The position numbers were made by a program, and so were the translations under genes. A DNA stretch of 19,963 nucleotides from UHGV virus genome UHGV-1527372; one strand, 5' to 3'. The stretch's first letter is position 1. The number at the start of each line of letters is the position of its first letter. The stretch comes from a virus. This document shows positions 1 to 7,900 of this stretch, piece by piece. The notes under the pieces are model-generated. The model made no database searches, was not told where the DNA came from, and was given only the letters and a program-made list of their open reading frames with translations.

Positions 1-38
1 TAACGTATTCGCGCTACATCCAAAGCGTGTTATGAAAC

Positions 39-71
39 AAGGGGTTAGCGAATTCCTAACCCCTTTTTTAT
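39..71. terminator. Rho-independent terminator-like hairpin at the probable host/prophage boundary
   Basis: Perfect 10-bp stem AAGGGGTTAG / CTAACCCCTT with 7-nt loop CGAATTC, followed by TTTTTTA on the plus strand; T-rich on the other side as well. Confidence 0.5.
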
Positions 72-120
72 TGGTGGTGGCGGCAAATTGGCGGCAGAGG
101 TTGGAGCGATGGCGACAGAT

Positions 121-144
121 ATAAAAAAACCTGCCGAAGCAGGT
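121..144 (-). terminator. Intrinsic terminator downstream of ogr
   Basis: Minus strand reads ACCTGC-TTCG-GCAGGT followed by TTTTTTTAT, immediately after the ogr TGA (145-147). Confidence 0.6.
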
Positions 145-363
145 TCAAAGCCAAAGTTGCTGTTGTTGGTTTCTGATGGGGTGTGGCGGAGCAGGATCAA
201 CAGTACCCGGTTTCACAATGAATCTTGATAGCGTCTCAAAAGTGATAAATGTACATCCGCAATTTATGTTCTGGCACTGGTGATAACGTTCTTTTGTTTC
301 GGTGCTAAGGTACCGGCTAGTGCGAGCATGTGCGGCGTTTTGGCATAACGGGCAGTGCATCAT
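145..363 (-). CDS. ogr: Ogr/Delta-family zinc-finger late-gene transcriptional activator (72 aa from the ATG ATG pair at 363/360)
   Basis: MMHCPLCQNAAHARTSRYLSTETKERYHQCQNINC... has the C-X2-C ... C-X4-C zinc-finger pattern and strong similarity to P2 Ogr as recalled. AGGGG RBS lies 7-8 nt upstream of the ATG. The 87-aa TTG-start version in the ORF track is not supported. Confidence 0.9.
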   Translation of the reverse strand: MMHCPLCQNAAHARTSRYLSTETKERYHQCQNINCGCTFITFETLSRFIVKPGTVDPAPPHPIRNQQQQLWL

Positions 364-394
364 AATTATTTCCCCTGCTGGCGTATCTGAGGGA

Positions 395-422
395 ATAATA
401 AACTTCAAAATTGCATTTGCAA
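395..422 (-). promoter_or_regulatory. Candidate sigma70 promoter for ogr
   Basis: Minus strand: -35 TTGCAA (417-422), 16-nt spacer, -10 TATTAT (395-400), about 30 nt upstream of the ogr ATG. Confidence 0.4.
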
Positions 423-438
423 GTTTTGGTTTGCTTTT

Positions 439-1608
439 TCACTCCTCATTTTCTTCTGAGCTGTACTCCACATCGGAGAGTTTAACCTCAAGCTCTAAGC
501 CCGTCGTGAAACCGTTATTATTGAGGTTGTGGGTCACCTTGCTGATTAACCATGCCTGCTCGTCTATGACGCGCTTAAAGCCTGACACGCGTACAGGCGT
601 CTCAGGAAATAAATCCGCTCGCCCTAGCGCCAGTGTGATTGAAAACTCCGCAACGCCTCGCTGCAGTTTATCCCACTTAGCCTGAGCGGCGCGCATCGCC
701 TGTGCCTTTGAGGCATAGACCGTCGTCAGCGCCAGCACGTTATCGGCTTCACCGGCCATGTACTCACCCTCACGTGCTTCCTGTTCTTTTTTGACCTTTG
801 TCTTTTTGCTGACCGGCTTTGCTTTTGGGTGTTCCAGTGCGCGCAGGTGCTTCTCTTTTGGCTTGCGTTTCAGCGTTACTTTCTGCTTTTGTGGCTTCGG
901 GTCTTTGGTGTGCAACCATTTAGCAGTGACGCCGGTATAAGCCCCACGGTCGGCAATGGCAAACTGATGACGGTCACCATCACTGCGGGTCAGCGTCATT
1001 TGCGGGACGGGTTTGCCGCTGGCCGTCATCGCACTACCGGCTTTCAGAAACAACAGTTTCCCTGCCTTCACCGATACCGTTGCCCCGTTGCGGTCAGCCA
1101 GTCGACTCAAAAATACCGCGTCGGATTCCTGCGACTGGTCGATATGCGGTACCGGGATTTTTTTCAGCGATTCCGCAATGCTGGCCGTCAGTTTGTTGCG
1201 CTTTGCGATGGTACTGACCAGTTCGCCGATGGTGGTGTCGTGCCATGACTCTTCACGCCTGGAATTTAGCGTGCCGCGAAAGTCCGCGCTGCGCGCCCGG
1301 ATGGTCAGGGTATCAGGAGCCCCCCGGTGCTCAATCTCATCGACCGTAAAATCCCCCTTATTCAGCAGCGCCGAACCCTGCCAGCCAAGCCACAACGTCA
1401 GCACTGCCCCGCGCAGGGGTAACTCGACTTTCCCATCGGTGTCATCGAGCTCAATGTCGAGCTGGTCAGCTTCAAAGCCCCTATTGTCCGTCATGGTGAG
1501 AGAAATCAGCCGGTCGCTGAAGTTGCTGGTAATGTCCTGACTGTTCAGCGTCAGCATAAAAGCCGGTGCAAGGCTAGCACCGGCGTCAATTGCCATCCCC
1601 GTTATCAT
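439..1608 (-). CDS. D: Tail protein D (P2 late control gene D family)
   Basis: 389-aa ORF with ATG start; its ATG overlaps the U stop (ATGA); position between U and ogr matches P2. Contains a Lys/Pro-rich low-complexity segment. Confidence 0.9.
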   Translation of the reverse strand: MITGMAIDAGASLAPAFMLTLNSQDITSNFSDRLISLTMTDNRGFEADQLDIELDDTDGKVELPLRGAVLTLWLGWQGSALLNKGDFTVDEIEHRGAPDTLTIRARSADFRGTLNSRREESWHDTTIGELVSTIAKRNKLTASIAESLKKIPVPHIDQSQESDAVFLSRLADRNGATVSVKAGKLLFLKAGSAMTASGKPVPQMTLTRSDGDRHQFAIADRGAYTGVTAKWLHTKDPKPQKQKVTLKRKPKEKHLRALEHPKAKPVSKKTKVKKEQEAREGEYMAGEADNVLALTTVYASKAQAMRAAQAKWDKLQRGVAEFSITLALGRADLFPETPVRVSGFKRVIDEQAWLISKVTHNLNNNGFTTGLELEVKLSDVEYSSEENEE

Positions 1609-2090
1609 GCAGTGAAACCTCCGGGCATACCCTGCAGTTTATCTGTCAAATTACCGGCAGAGCCGAGAAGCTCACTGGCCTGTTTATTCAGGTCACCAAA
1701 CATCTCTGTCAGCGATTCATCAACCCGTTTTAGCGAAAGCGTGAAATCAATCTTTCTGGCCGCACCATCACTGAAAAACTCGGTGCGTGTAGTCGATACT
1801 TTATCGACGATATACATCCCGAGGATATTTCCGGTTCCCTCTATCAACGGCCACGCTCTGCCTTCATTGGCCATCACCTCTACAGCCTTAAGTGAGATCC
1901 AACCGCCAGTGATAGCGGGGTATAGCGTACCAGCAAGCTGTATAGAATTTTCTCCCTCGCCAAGAAACTGATAGGCAGGTGGTTTACCCACCCGGTCATT
2001 GGACACCCAGCGATAATCTTTCGAATGCTGCATCGACTGGTAAGGCAGGGTGCGAAGTTCAAACACAAACATTCCGAGAGCAAGCATCAT
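1605..2090 (-). CDS. U: Tail protein U
   Basis: 161 aa starting MMLALGMFVFEL, synteny T-U-D, GGGAGA RBS upstream. Confidence 0.9.
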   Translation of the reverse strand: MMLALGMFVFELRTLPYQSMQHSKDYRWVSNDRVGKPPAYQFLGEGENSIQLAGTLYPAITGGWISLKAVEVMANEGRAWPLIEGTGNILGMYIVDKVSTTRTEFFSDGAARKIDFTLSLKRVDESLTEMFGDLNKQASELLGSAGNLTDKLQGMPGGFTA

Positions 2091-2103
2091 CGTTTAATCT
2101 CCC

Positions 2104-4548
2104 TCAATAGTCGTGGGTCATGTTGGCACGCTGGCGGGCGCGTTTATCGCGCTCAATCTGTTCGAGCGTGTCGCGTAGTTGTCTGTCAAGCTGATGCCCC
2201 GGCGCAACACCTCCCGGCAGATTGATGTTGTATTCGCTTTTGCTCTGGTCAATGTAAGAGCGCCCCGCCGGTGCGGTAACTGGCTGATAAGCCTGATAGC
2301 CGCCATATGTGCTGGTTGCCGGGATGTAGGAATTACCCTGTGTGGCGGCATTGGTTTTGGCGGCGGTCTGGTCGAGGCTGTCCGACTCTTTGTTGATGAT
2401 GCCGAGCTTTTCGAGAAGCCAGTCGACACCGCTGCGCAGCTTGTTAAAAACATTGAGCGGAGCCATCAAGGCAGAGGCCAGTGCCTGACCAAATATGACG
2501 CCGACATTTTTGCAGCTATCAAGCGTTTCCTGCGTGGCCTTAACCGGTGCTATCAGGTCTTTAAACCACTGCCAGACGCCGCGCAGTTTCTCGCCGAGAC
2601 CATCAAAAATGGGAGCCAGTGGAGCGAACATTTCCCCGACTGGGGCAAAGGCACTCATGATGCCCTCAATCACTCCCGAGAAAAATGCGCTGATGGGCTC
2701 CCAATATTTACGGATGAGTAGCGCCCCCGCCACAATCGCCGCACCGACGGCCACTATCGGCCAGGTAATCGCACCGAGCGCTGTCGCAATGGCACTACCG
2801 ACGACAGTAAAGACCGTACCCAGCACGCCAGCAGCGGCGATAATGGCATTAATCCCCATGACAACCGGCCACGCAACGAGACCAATGCCGCCGATGATAC
2901 CAATCAGCGCCAGCGCACCACCGGCGATGATGCCGATAGTTTCCGCTAACTCCTTGTTGTCTTTGATCCAGTCATCAAGCTTTAGCACATACCGTGTTGC
3001 TGTCTGAGTTAGCTGACGCAATGAGCTATCTTGCTGGTCGTAGAGGTCGGTACCGACGGCCTCATAAGCGGATTGAAACTCTTTGAAGTCGCCACCTAAG
3101 TTATCCTGCATGACCTTAACCAATTCCTCGGTTTTACCGTCAGAATCCTTAATTATCTTGGTCAGTTCATCCAGTTTTCCACTGGCCGCTGCGGCCATTA
3201 ACACACTTGCAGCGGAACTGGCTTCCTCGCCGAATATCGTTTTCATATACTCGGCTTTTTGACCTGTACCGAGGTTGTTGCGCTTAAAGCTGGCTTGTAT
3301 TTCTTTCAGGATGGTAAAGATTGGCCGTGTATTGCCTTTTTTATCCATCGTCTTAACGCCAAGCTCTTTAATGGCATCATAGGCTTTGCCAGTTGGAGCC
3401 TGCAGTCGACTTAAAACAGCTCGGCTACCAGTTCCTGCCATCGAACCTATGATTTTTGCATCGTGTAGCGCACCCAGCATCGCGGCGGTTTCTTCTAGGC
3501 TGACACCGGCATCTTTGGCAACTGGACCAACATATGTAAGTGAGTCGTTTAATCCCTCAAATGATGCCTGTGTTTTATTTATCGCCATCGATATGACATC
3601 TGCTATATGCGATGCCTTGTCATCTGCGAGCCCGAATGCCGATTTGGTGCCAATAAGCAAAGCGGCGTTTTCCTCCATAGTTTTTTTATTTGCCAGCGAC
3701 ATATTCAGAATGGCCGGTGTTTGCGCCACTATGCCGTCTTTATCTGCGCCAGATTTGGCTACAATAATCTGCGCGGCGGCGGCATCATCTGCTGAGGCCG
3801 CTGAGTTATCGCCGAGCTGACGCGCCTGTTTGCGTAGAGCCTGCATTTCTGGAGACTGCTTATCGACCCCAAGCACGGCCTGCAGCTCGGAGTTTTTTTG
3901 CGCAAAGTCATAACCGGGCATCAGCAATTTAACCCCGGCCATCGTTCCCGCTGTCGCAATACCGACCCCGGCAGCACCTGCAGCGGCCATGTTACCGGCA
4001 AGCTCCTTACCCGATTTATATCGCTCTTTCACTCGGTTTAGGTGCGCCTGCTGTGCGCTGACCTTCGCCAATGCTTCACGCTGCCGGTTGAGCTGCGCCG
4101 TCGTCTCGCTGATGCGTGTTTTAAGCCCCCGCTCATCGTTTGCCAGATTGCGGGTATTGATACCGGCGGCACCCAGCTCGCGTTGCTGGCGTTTAACCGA
4201 CTCGGTGAGGCTGTTGTATTTAATCTGCAGCCCCTCGGCGGCACGTTTTGCGGATTCGAGCACCTGTGCCTGCGCTCGCGTCGGGCGCTCAGTATTTTTG
4301 AATTGCGTGGCAAGCGCTTCAGCCTCGCGCTTTGCCTTCTCCAGCGACTGGCCGGTTACGGCCAGTTGAGCGCTGGTTTTGCGAAAACCGTCAATTTTCG
4401 CGGCCTGCCCGTTCAGGTCACGCAGCCCTTTTTGTGTGTCGCGAATATCGCCCGACAGGGTTTTACTCGCGGTCTGGATGGATTTAAGCGGTCGGGTCGC
4501 CTGGTCGACCGCTTTCAGCAAAACCTCAAGTCTCAGGTTATTACTCAT
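2104..4548 (-). CDS. T: Tail tape measure protein T
   Basis: 814 aa with a coiled-coil N-terminal part and Gly/Ala-rich hydrophobic segments typical of tape measure proteins; sits directly downstream of E/E'. Confidence 0.9.
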   Translation of the reverse strand: MSNNLRLEVLLKAVDQATRPLKSIQTASKTLSGDIRDTQKGLRDLNGQAAKIDGFRKTSAQLAVTGQSLEKAKREAEALATQFKNTERPTRAQAQVLESAKRAAEGLQIKYNSLTESVKRQQRELGAAGINTRNLANDERGLKTRISETTAQLNRQREALAKVSAQQAHLNRVKERYKSGKELAGNMAAAGAAGVGIATAGTMAGVKLLMPGYDFAQKNSELQAVLGVDKQSPEMQALRKQARQLGDNSAASADDAAAAQIIVAKSGADKDGIVAQTPAILNMSLANKKTMEENAALLIGTKSAFGLADDKASHIADVISMAINKTQASFEGLNDSLTYVGPVAKDAGVSLEETAAMLGALHDAKIIGSMAGTGSRAVLSRLQAPTGKAYDAIKELGVKTMDKKGNTRPIFTILKEIQASFKRNNLGTGQKAEYMKTIFGEEASSAASVLMAAAASGKLDELTKIIKDSDGKTEELVKVMQDNLGGDFKEFQSAYEAVGTDLYDQQDSSLRQLTQTATRYVLKLDDWIKDNKELAETIGIIAGGALALIGIIGGIGLVAWPVVMGINAIIAAAGVLGTVFTVVGSAIATALGAITWPIVAVGAAIVAGALLIRKYWEPISAFFSGVIEGIMSAFAPVGEMFAPLAPIFDGLGEKLRGVWQWFKDLIAPVKATQETLDSCKNVGVIFGQALASALMAPLNVFNKLRSGVDWLLEKLGIINKESDSLDQTAAKTNAATQGNSYIPATSTYGGYQAYQPVTAPAGRSYIDQSKSEYNINLPGGVAPGHQLDRQLRDTLEQIERDKRARQRANMTHDY

Positions 4549-5028
4549 TGTGGTGTCCGCTACGCTGCAGCGCCTTTTCGCGCCATGTGATGAGCTCGGT
4601 CAGGCTCAGGGAATAGAGCTCTGATAGCGGCCAGTGGAATATCACCGCGATATCCGCCATCAGGTCATCGGTCGACAGGTCGGGCGGGAAATCTACTCCG
4701 CCGAAGCCGGTGACAAAAAACCAATCACCTTAGCGGCCAGCGACAGCATATCGGGCAGGTTCATTGCGGTAAGCTCCTGCGCCGTAAGCGCGGGGTAGGT
4801 CATGCGTGGCAATACCTTAATCAGCGCATCGACTTCGGACTGCGCCACCGCTGCCAGACTGACACCGCGCAGGGTACCGGCGTTCGGCTCAATCAGTGTG
4901 ACTTTATCTATCGTCTGACCGGCGCGCTTAATCGGCTTGTCGAGGGTCACGACGTTCGGGTTTACGGTGTCAATTTCATTGCCAGCCATATCAACAAATT
5001 CAGCGGTTTTACGTGGTGCTTTTGCCAT
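4541..5028 (-). CDS. E+E': E+E' tail assembly chaperone made by programmed -1 ribosomal frameshift
   Basis: Slippery heptamer T TTT TTG at 4714-4720 (minus strand) inside E. The -1 frame stays open for 51 more codons (VTGFGGVDFPPDL...TWREKALQRSGHHNE) and stops at a TAA that overlaps the T start. Confidence 0.8.
4693..5028 (-). CDS. E: Tail assembly chaperone E (zero-frame product)
   Basis: 111 aa starting MAKAPRKTAEF with ATG start; position upstream of T. Confidence 0.9.
   Translation of the reverse strand: MAKAPRKTAEFVDMAGNEIDTVNPNVVTLDKPIKRAGQTIDKVTLIEPNAGTLRGVSLAAVAQSEVDALIKVLPRMTYPALTAQELTAMNLPDMLSLAAKVIGFLSPASAE
4714..4720 (-). other. -1 programmed frameshift slippery site (TTTTTTG)
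   Basis: Heptamer seen directly in the sequence; matches the conserved E/E' frameshift of P2-like phages. Confidence 0.8.
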
Positions 5029-5052
5029 GATGTTTTTCTCTGCTCTGAATGG

Positions 5053-5083
5053 GGATTAATAACCGGCCAGCAGTGCTGACCGG
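5053..5083 (-). other. Hairpin between FII and E (possible attenuator)
   Basis: Minus strand CCGGTCAG-CACTG-CTGGCCGG (8-bp stem with one G-U pair) followed by TTATTAAT; the U-tract is weak. Confidence 0.3.
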
Positions 5084-5091
5084 TCAGGGAA

Positions 5092-5485
5092 TTACAGCCC
5101 GATTGCGCGGCGGTGCTGTTCCAGACGGTCGACGCCGTTCACCTTCTCAACCATGTTGACGGTATCGATTTCGATGACGTCGCTACCATCAATCGTGAGG
5201 CGGTAATAGGTGCATACGGTCGACAGTTTGGTCGAGGTGTTTTCACCCTGCTTATTCTCGCCGCCGTCGATTTCTTTATGACGGCCACGCATGACCACCT
5301 CGACCGCCACGATTTCGCCAGTGTCGTCACGTTGGTAAGAGCCAGCAAAACGCAACGGCACAGCGTCAGCACCCGGCGCGGCGTACTGCGCCCACAGCGC
5401 CACATCAGGCAGGCCACCGACAGACCACTCGACGGTTACCGTCGTTAATCTCAAGCACCTGCACGCCGTGGTGAAAATCACTCAT
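5092..5485 (-). pseudogene. FI/FII: Deletion-fusion remnant: first ~18 codons of tail sheath FI fused out of frame to the C-terminal ~112 codons of tail tube FII
   Basis: ATG at 5485..5483 encodes MSDFHHGVQVLEINDG (P2 FI N-terminus) and then hits a stop after ~10 junk codons. In another frame, from about 5430, the sequence encodes EWSVGGLPD...VNGVDRLEQHRRAIGL (C-terminal two-thirds of FII). There is no sheath-sized ORF anywhere in the window. Confidence 0.7.
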
Positions 5486-5580
5486 CCGGTTAACTCCGTG
5501 GTTAGTGGGCGAGTGTTATTGTCCTGGCTGGTCTGGTGAGGGGCTATTTGTCGGCGATGGGTAGCGGATGGCACATAAAC

Positions 5581-5611
5581 AAATTACAAAAAAGACGGGC
5601 ATCAGCCCGCC
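5581..5611 (-). terminator. Intrinsic terminator after G (end of the V-G tail operon)
   Basis: Minus strand GGCGGGC-TGAT-GCCCGTC followed by TTTTTTGTAATTT, immediately after the G stop. Confidence 0.7.
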
Positions 5612-5616
5612 TCGCA

Positions 5617-6213
5617 TTACTCCGGTTTAACCGGCCACTCGATATCCGGTGCCGTGGAGGTATCGACCGCGTTCAGCGCCTGAATGTATTTCATCCACGC
5701 AATCAGGCTGTCCTTGTCATCGTCGCTGATGATGCCGAGCTGCAGCTCAGTCTGCCACAGGCTGATTGTGCTTTGGGCTTCGGCCAGCAATGAGGCTTTT
5801 TTCTGTTCTGCTGCTGCAATCTGACCGCTTTTCTGCGCATCCGCATTCGTAACCCATTCGCTACCGTTCCAGCGGTCATAAGGCGTCAGTGGTTCGATGA
5901 TGGTCACATTATCAGGATAATCACCGAGCCCGGTTATCTCGACAGGCTTGCCGGTTTCCGTGTCATATACAGTTTCTCCCCGGTGGTCGATAACATAAAC
6001 CCACCCATCAAGACTGACCGAGCGGCAAATGGCAAAACCGTCTTTCTCAGCTACCGGTGCATCGATACAGGAGTTGGCTGGAATCCCCACGCCCACCGCC
6101 AAAAACTCGGTGGAAGTCGACAAAAACTCTCGCGTTTCCCCGTCGTAGTTAAAGACCGTCACATCGCCAGCTTTTGTGGCAATACCACTTTTATTCAATG
6201 TTGCTTTCGCCAT
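5617..6213 (-). CDS. G: Tail fiber assembly protein G
   Basis: 198 aa with tail-fiber-assembly C-terminal motifs (PYDRWNG, SDDDK, APDIEWPVKPE); its ATG overlaps the H stop (TAATG). Confidence 0.85.
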   Translation of the reverse strand: MAKATLNKSGIATKAGDVTVFNYDGETREFLSTSTEFLAVGVGIPANSCIDAPVAEKDGFAICRSVSLDGWVYVIDHRGETVYDTETGKPVEITGLGDYPDNVTIIEPLTPYDRWNGSEWVTNADAQKSGQIAAAEQKKASLLAEAQSTISLWQTELQLGIISDDDKDSLIAWMKYIQALNAVDTSTAPDIEWPVKPE

Positions 6214-7295
6214 TATGCCGCCCTCACGATGTAATTAAATGCGATGTTGCGTGGTCGGGTTTCAGTTCCGCCTATAATATTGGTACTCAACCCGGTCGCG
6301 GTTCGCTTATTGTTTTTGTTACCTTCTGCAAGACAGTTGTAATCATCATTGCCGATTAGAGTGCCGTTGGCATCAATATCAAGCGGTGCCAGCGAGCTCG
6401 TCGCTGAGCTTAACGTCAGCATTTCATCCGAGCTTGGCAGACTTGTCAGAGGTACCTCGTTACGTGATACTCCTGCATAAAAATAGGACTCATGCCGATG
6501 AGCTTTGAAGTCATCTACTTGGGCACTGAGCAATACTCGACCGCTGTCAATACCTCGCCCGTCATCCCAGCCACGCAAAAACTCACCGCGTAAATCAGGC
6601 AGATTGCCAGAAGGATAAGCGACGGCCAGCTTTGGATATTTCGCCTTATCGAACGCTGCACCGTTGCATTTTAACCACCCCTCCGGCGGTGTTGCCTGCG
6701 GCCACGGCAGCGGAAAACCAACCGGAATATATTTATCAATATCCGCTGTTTTGAGGTACTGAGCGTGCGGGTCAGCAGCGGCAAGGTGTGCAGCCATCAG
6801 GCTATCGGCATAAGCTTTTACCTCGATAACCTTATCGTCGACATACTGGCGCGTTGCCAGCACGACCGACGGGTCGATTTTCAGGGTAATAGCCGACGTG
6901 CTCGACACAATCAGAATCATGCGAATGGTCTGCGTGCGGCCGCTTCCCTCCTGCAGTTGCGGCTTGTAGGTTTCCGGGCAGTTCGCCACGGCAATAAGCA
7001 CACCGGCATCATCATAGAGACCAATCTCGCGGATCCAGAAACCACCCTCATTCTCGGGAATAATTTGTTCCGCGATAATCTGGCTGGTATTGGCCGGGTC
7101 AACGGTCAGCAGGTTCAGCGGCGCGATGCGCTTCTGGTTAATGAGCTTCGTCTGCGCCGGGTCAGGGGTCGGCAACGTACCATTCGCATCACCGACGGCC
7201 ATCTGCGTCAGGTTGAGTTTGGTACCGAGTGCCGCCGCGTTCGCCAGCCGCGCCGCGCCCTGATTGGTCAGAATGGCAAAATATTTTGCGGTCAT
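6213..7295 (-). CDS. H: Tail fiber protein H (short form, 360 aa) with phage tail-collar-like C-terminal domain
   Basis: Conserved P2 H N-terminus (MAVGD..., GGFWIREIGLYDDAGVLIAVAN) and a collar-like C-terminal region (PEGWLKCNGAAFDKAKYPKLA...LPDLRGEFLRG). Confidence 0.85.
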   Translation of the reverse strand: MTAKYFAILTNQGAARLANAAALGTKLNLTQMAVGDANGTLPTPDPAQTKLINQKRIAPLNLLTVDPANTSQIIAEQIIPENEGGFWIREIGLYDDAGVLIAVANCPETYKPQLQEGSGRTQTIRMILIVSSTSAITLKIDPSVVLATRQYVDDKVIEVKAYADSLMAAHLAAADPHAQYLKTADIDKYIPVGFPLPWPQATPPEGWLKCNGAAFDKAKYPKLAVAYPSGNLPDLRGEFLRGWDDGRGIDSGRVLLSAQVDDFKAHRHESYFYAGVSRNEVPLTSLPSSDEMLTLSSATSSLAPLDIDANGTLIGNDDYNCLAEGNKNNKRTATGLSTNIIGGTETRPRNIAFNYIVRAA

Positions 7296-7900
7296 GCGTT
7301 CACTCTCAGGTTATCAATCAAATGGATGGCCGAGGCCGGGTAATATTCACCGCCGACGACAATTTCCTCAGGGGTGTAGGGGTAAACGGTCAGCGCGTCG
7401 CCGTCGTAACATCCCGCGCCGACATACAGCTCGCCGGTCGCACTCAGGCTGATAGCCAGCCCTGTCAAATGACGGCTTGCCGGTTTGGCGTCTTCAATCA
7501 GGCGCTCAAGCTCCTGATACATTTCGTCAGTGATGCCGCTATCGAGCACGCCGACAACGAGGCGGAATGTGCCAGGCTCCTCGTCGAGCTGCCACCACTC
7601 GCGCACCTCAATCAGAAAACCGAGCGGCTCAACCACCCGACGCAATGCGCTGATGGTGCCTTTGTGCTGATGGACGAAAAACGAAGACGCGCAGACGCTG
7701 CGCTTTGTCGCCTCCGGCCACTTCTCATCCCACCGGTCGACCGACAGCGCCCACGCCAGATACGGCAGCAGGTTTACCGGGCAGGTACGCCAGTTCCACA
7801 GGGTGCGCAACGGTACCGGCACGCGCTGAATCTCAGAAAGTGCAGCAGCGGCGGCAACTTCCAGCGGCGACGAGCCAGCGGGTAACAGCCTGTCACTCAT
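7292..7900 (-). CDS. I: Baseplate protein I
   Basis: 202 aa starting MSDRLLPAGSSPLEVAAA with WNWRTCP and RWDEKWPEATKR motifs; stop overlaps H start, start overlaps J stop. Confidence 0.9.
   Translation of the reverse strand: MSDRLLPAGSSPLEVAAAAALSEIQRVPVPLRTLWNWRTCPVNLLPYLAWALSVDRWDEKWPEATKRSVCASSFFVHQHKGTISALRRVVEPLGFLIEVREWWQLDEEPGTFRLVVGVLDSGITDEMYQELERLIEDAKPASRHLTGLAISLSATGELYVGAGCYDGDALTVYPYTPEEIVVGGEYYPASAIHLIDNLRVNA

Noticed and set aside
1-120. tRNA gene or tRNA 3' fragment as integration target
   Set aside because: No acceptor/T-arm-like sequence (such as GGTTCGAATCC) or cloverleaf-compatible segment was seen.
145-408. 87-aa extended ogr ORF
   Set aside because: Begins with TTG and would overlap the predicted ogr promoter; the ATG pair at 363/360 with an AGGGG RBS gives the canonical 72-aa Ogr.
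2179-4590. Multiple plus-strand ORFs (for example 2179-2721, 2495-3007, 3386-3820, 4042-4590)
   Set aside because: All are antisense to the tape measure gene T, low-complexity (Ala/Ser/Pro/Arg-rich) and lack starts with RBSs.
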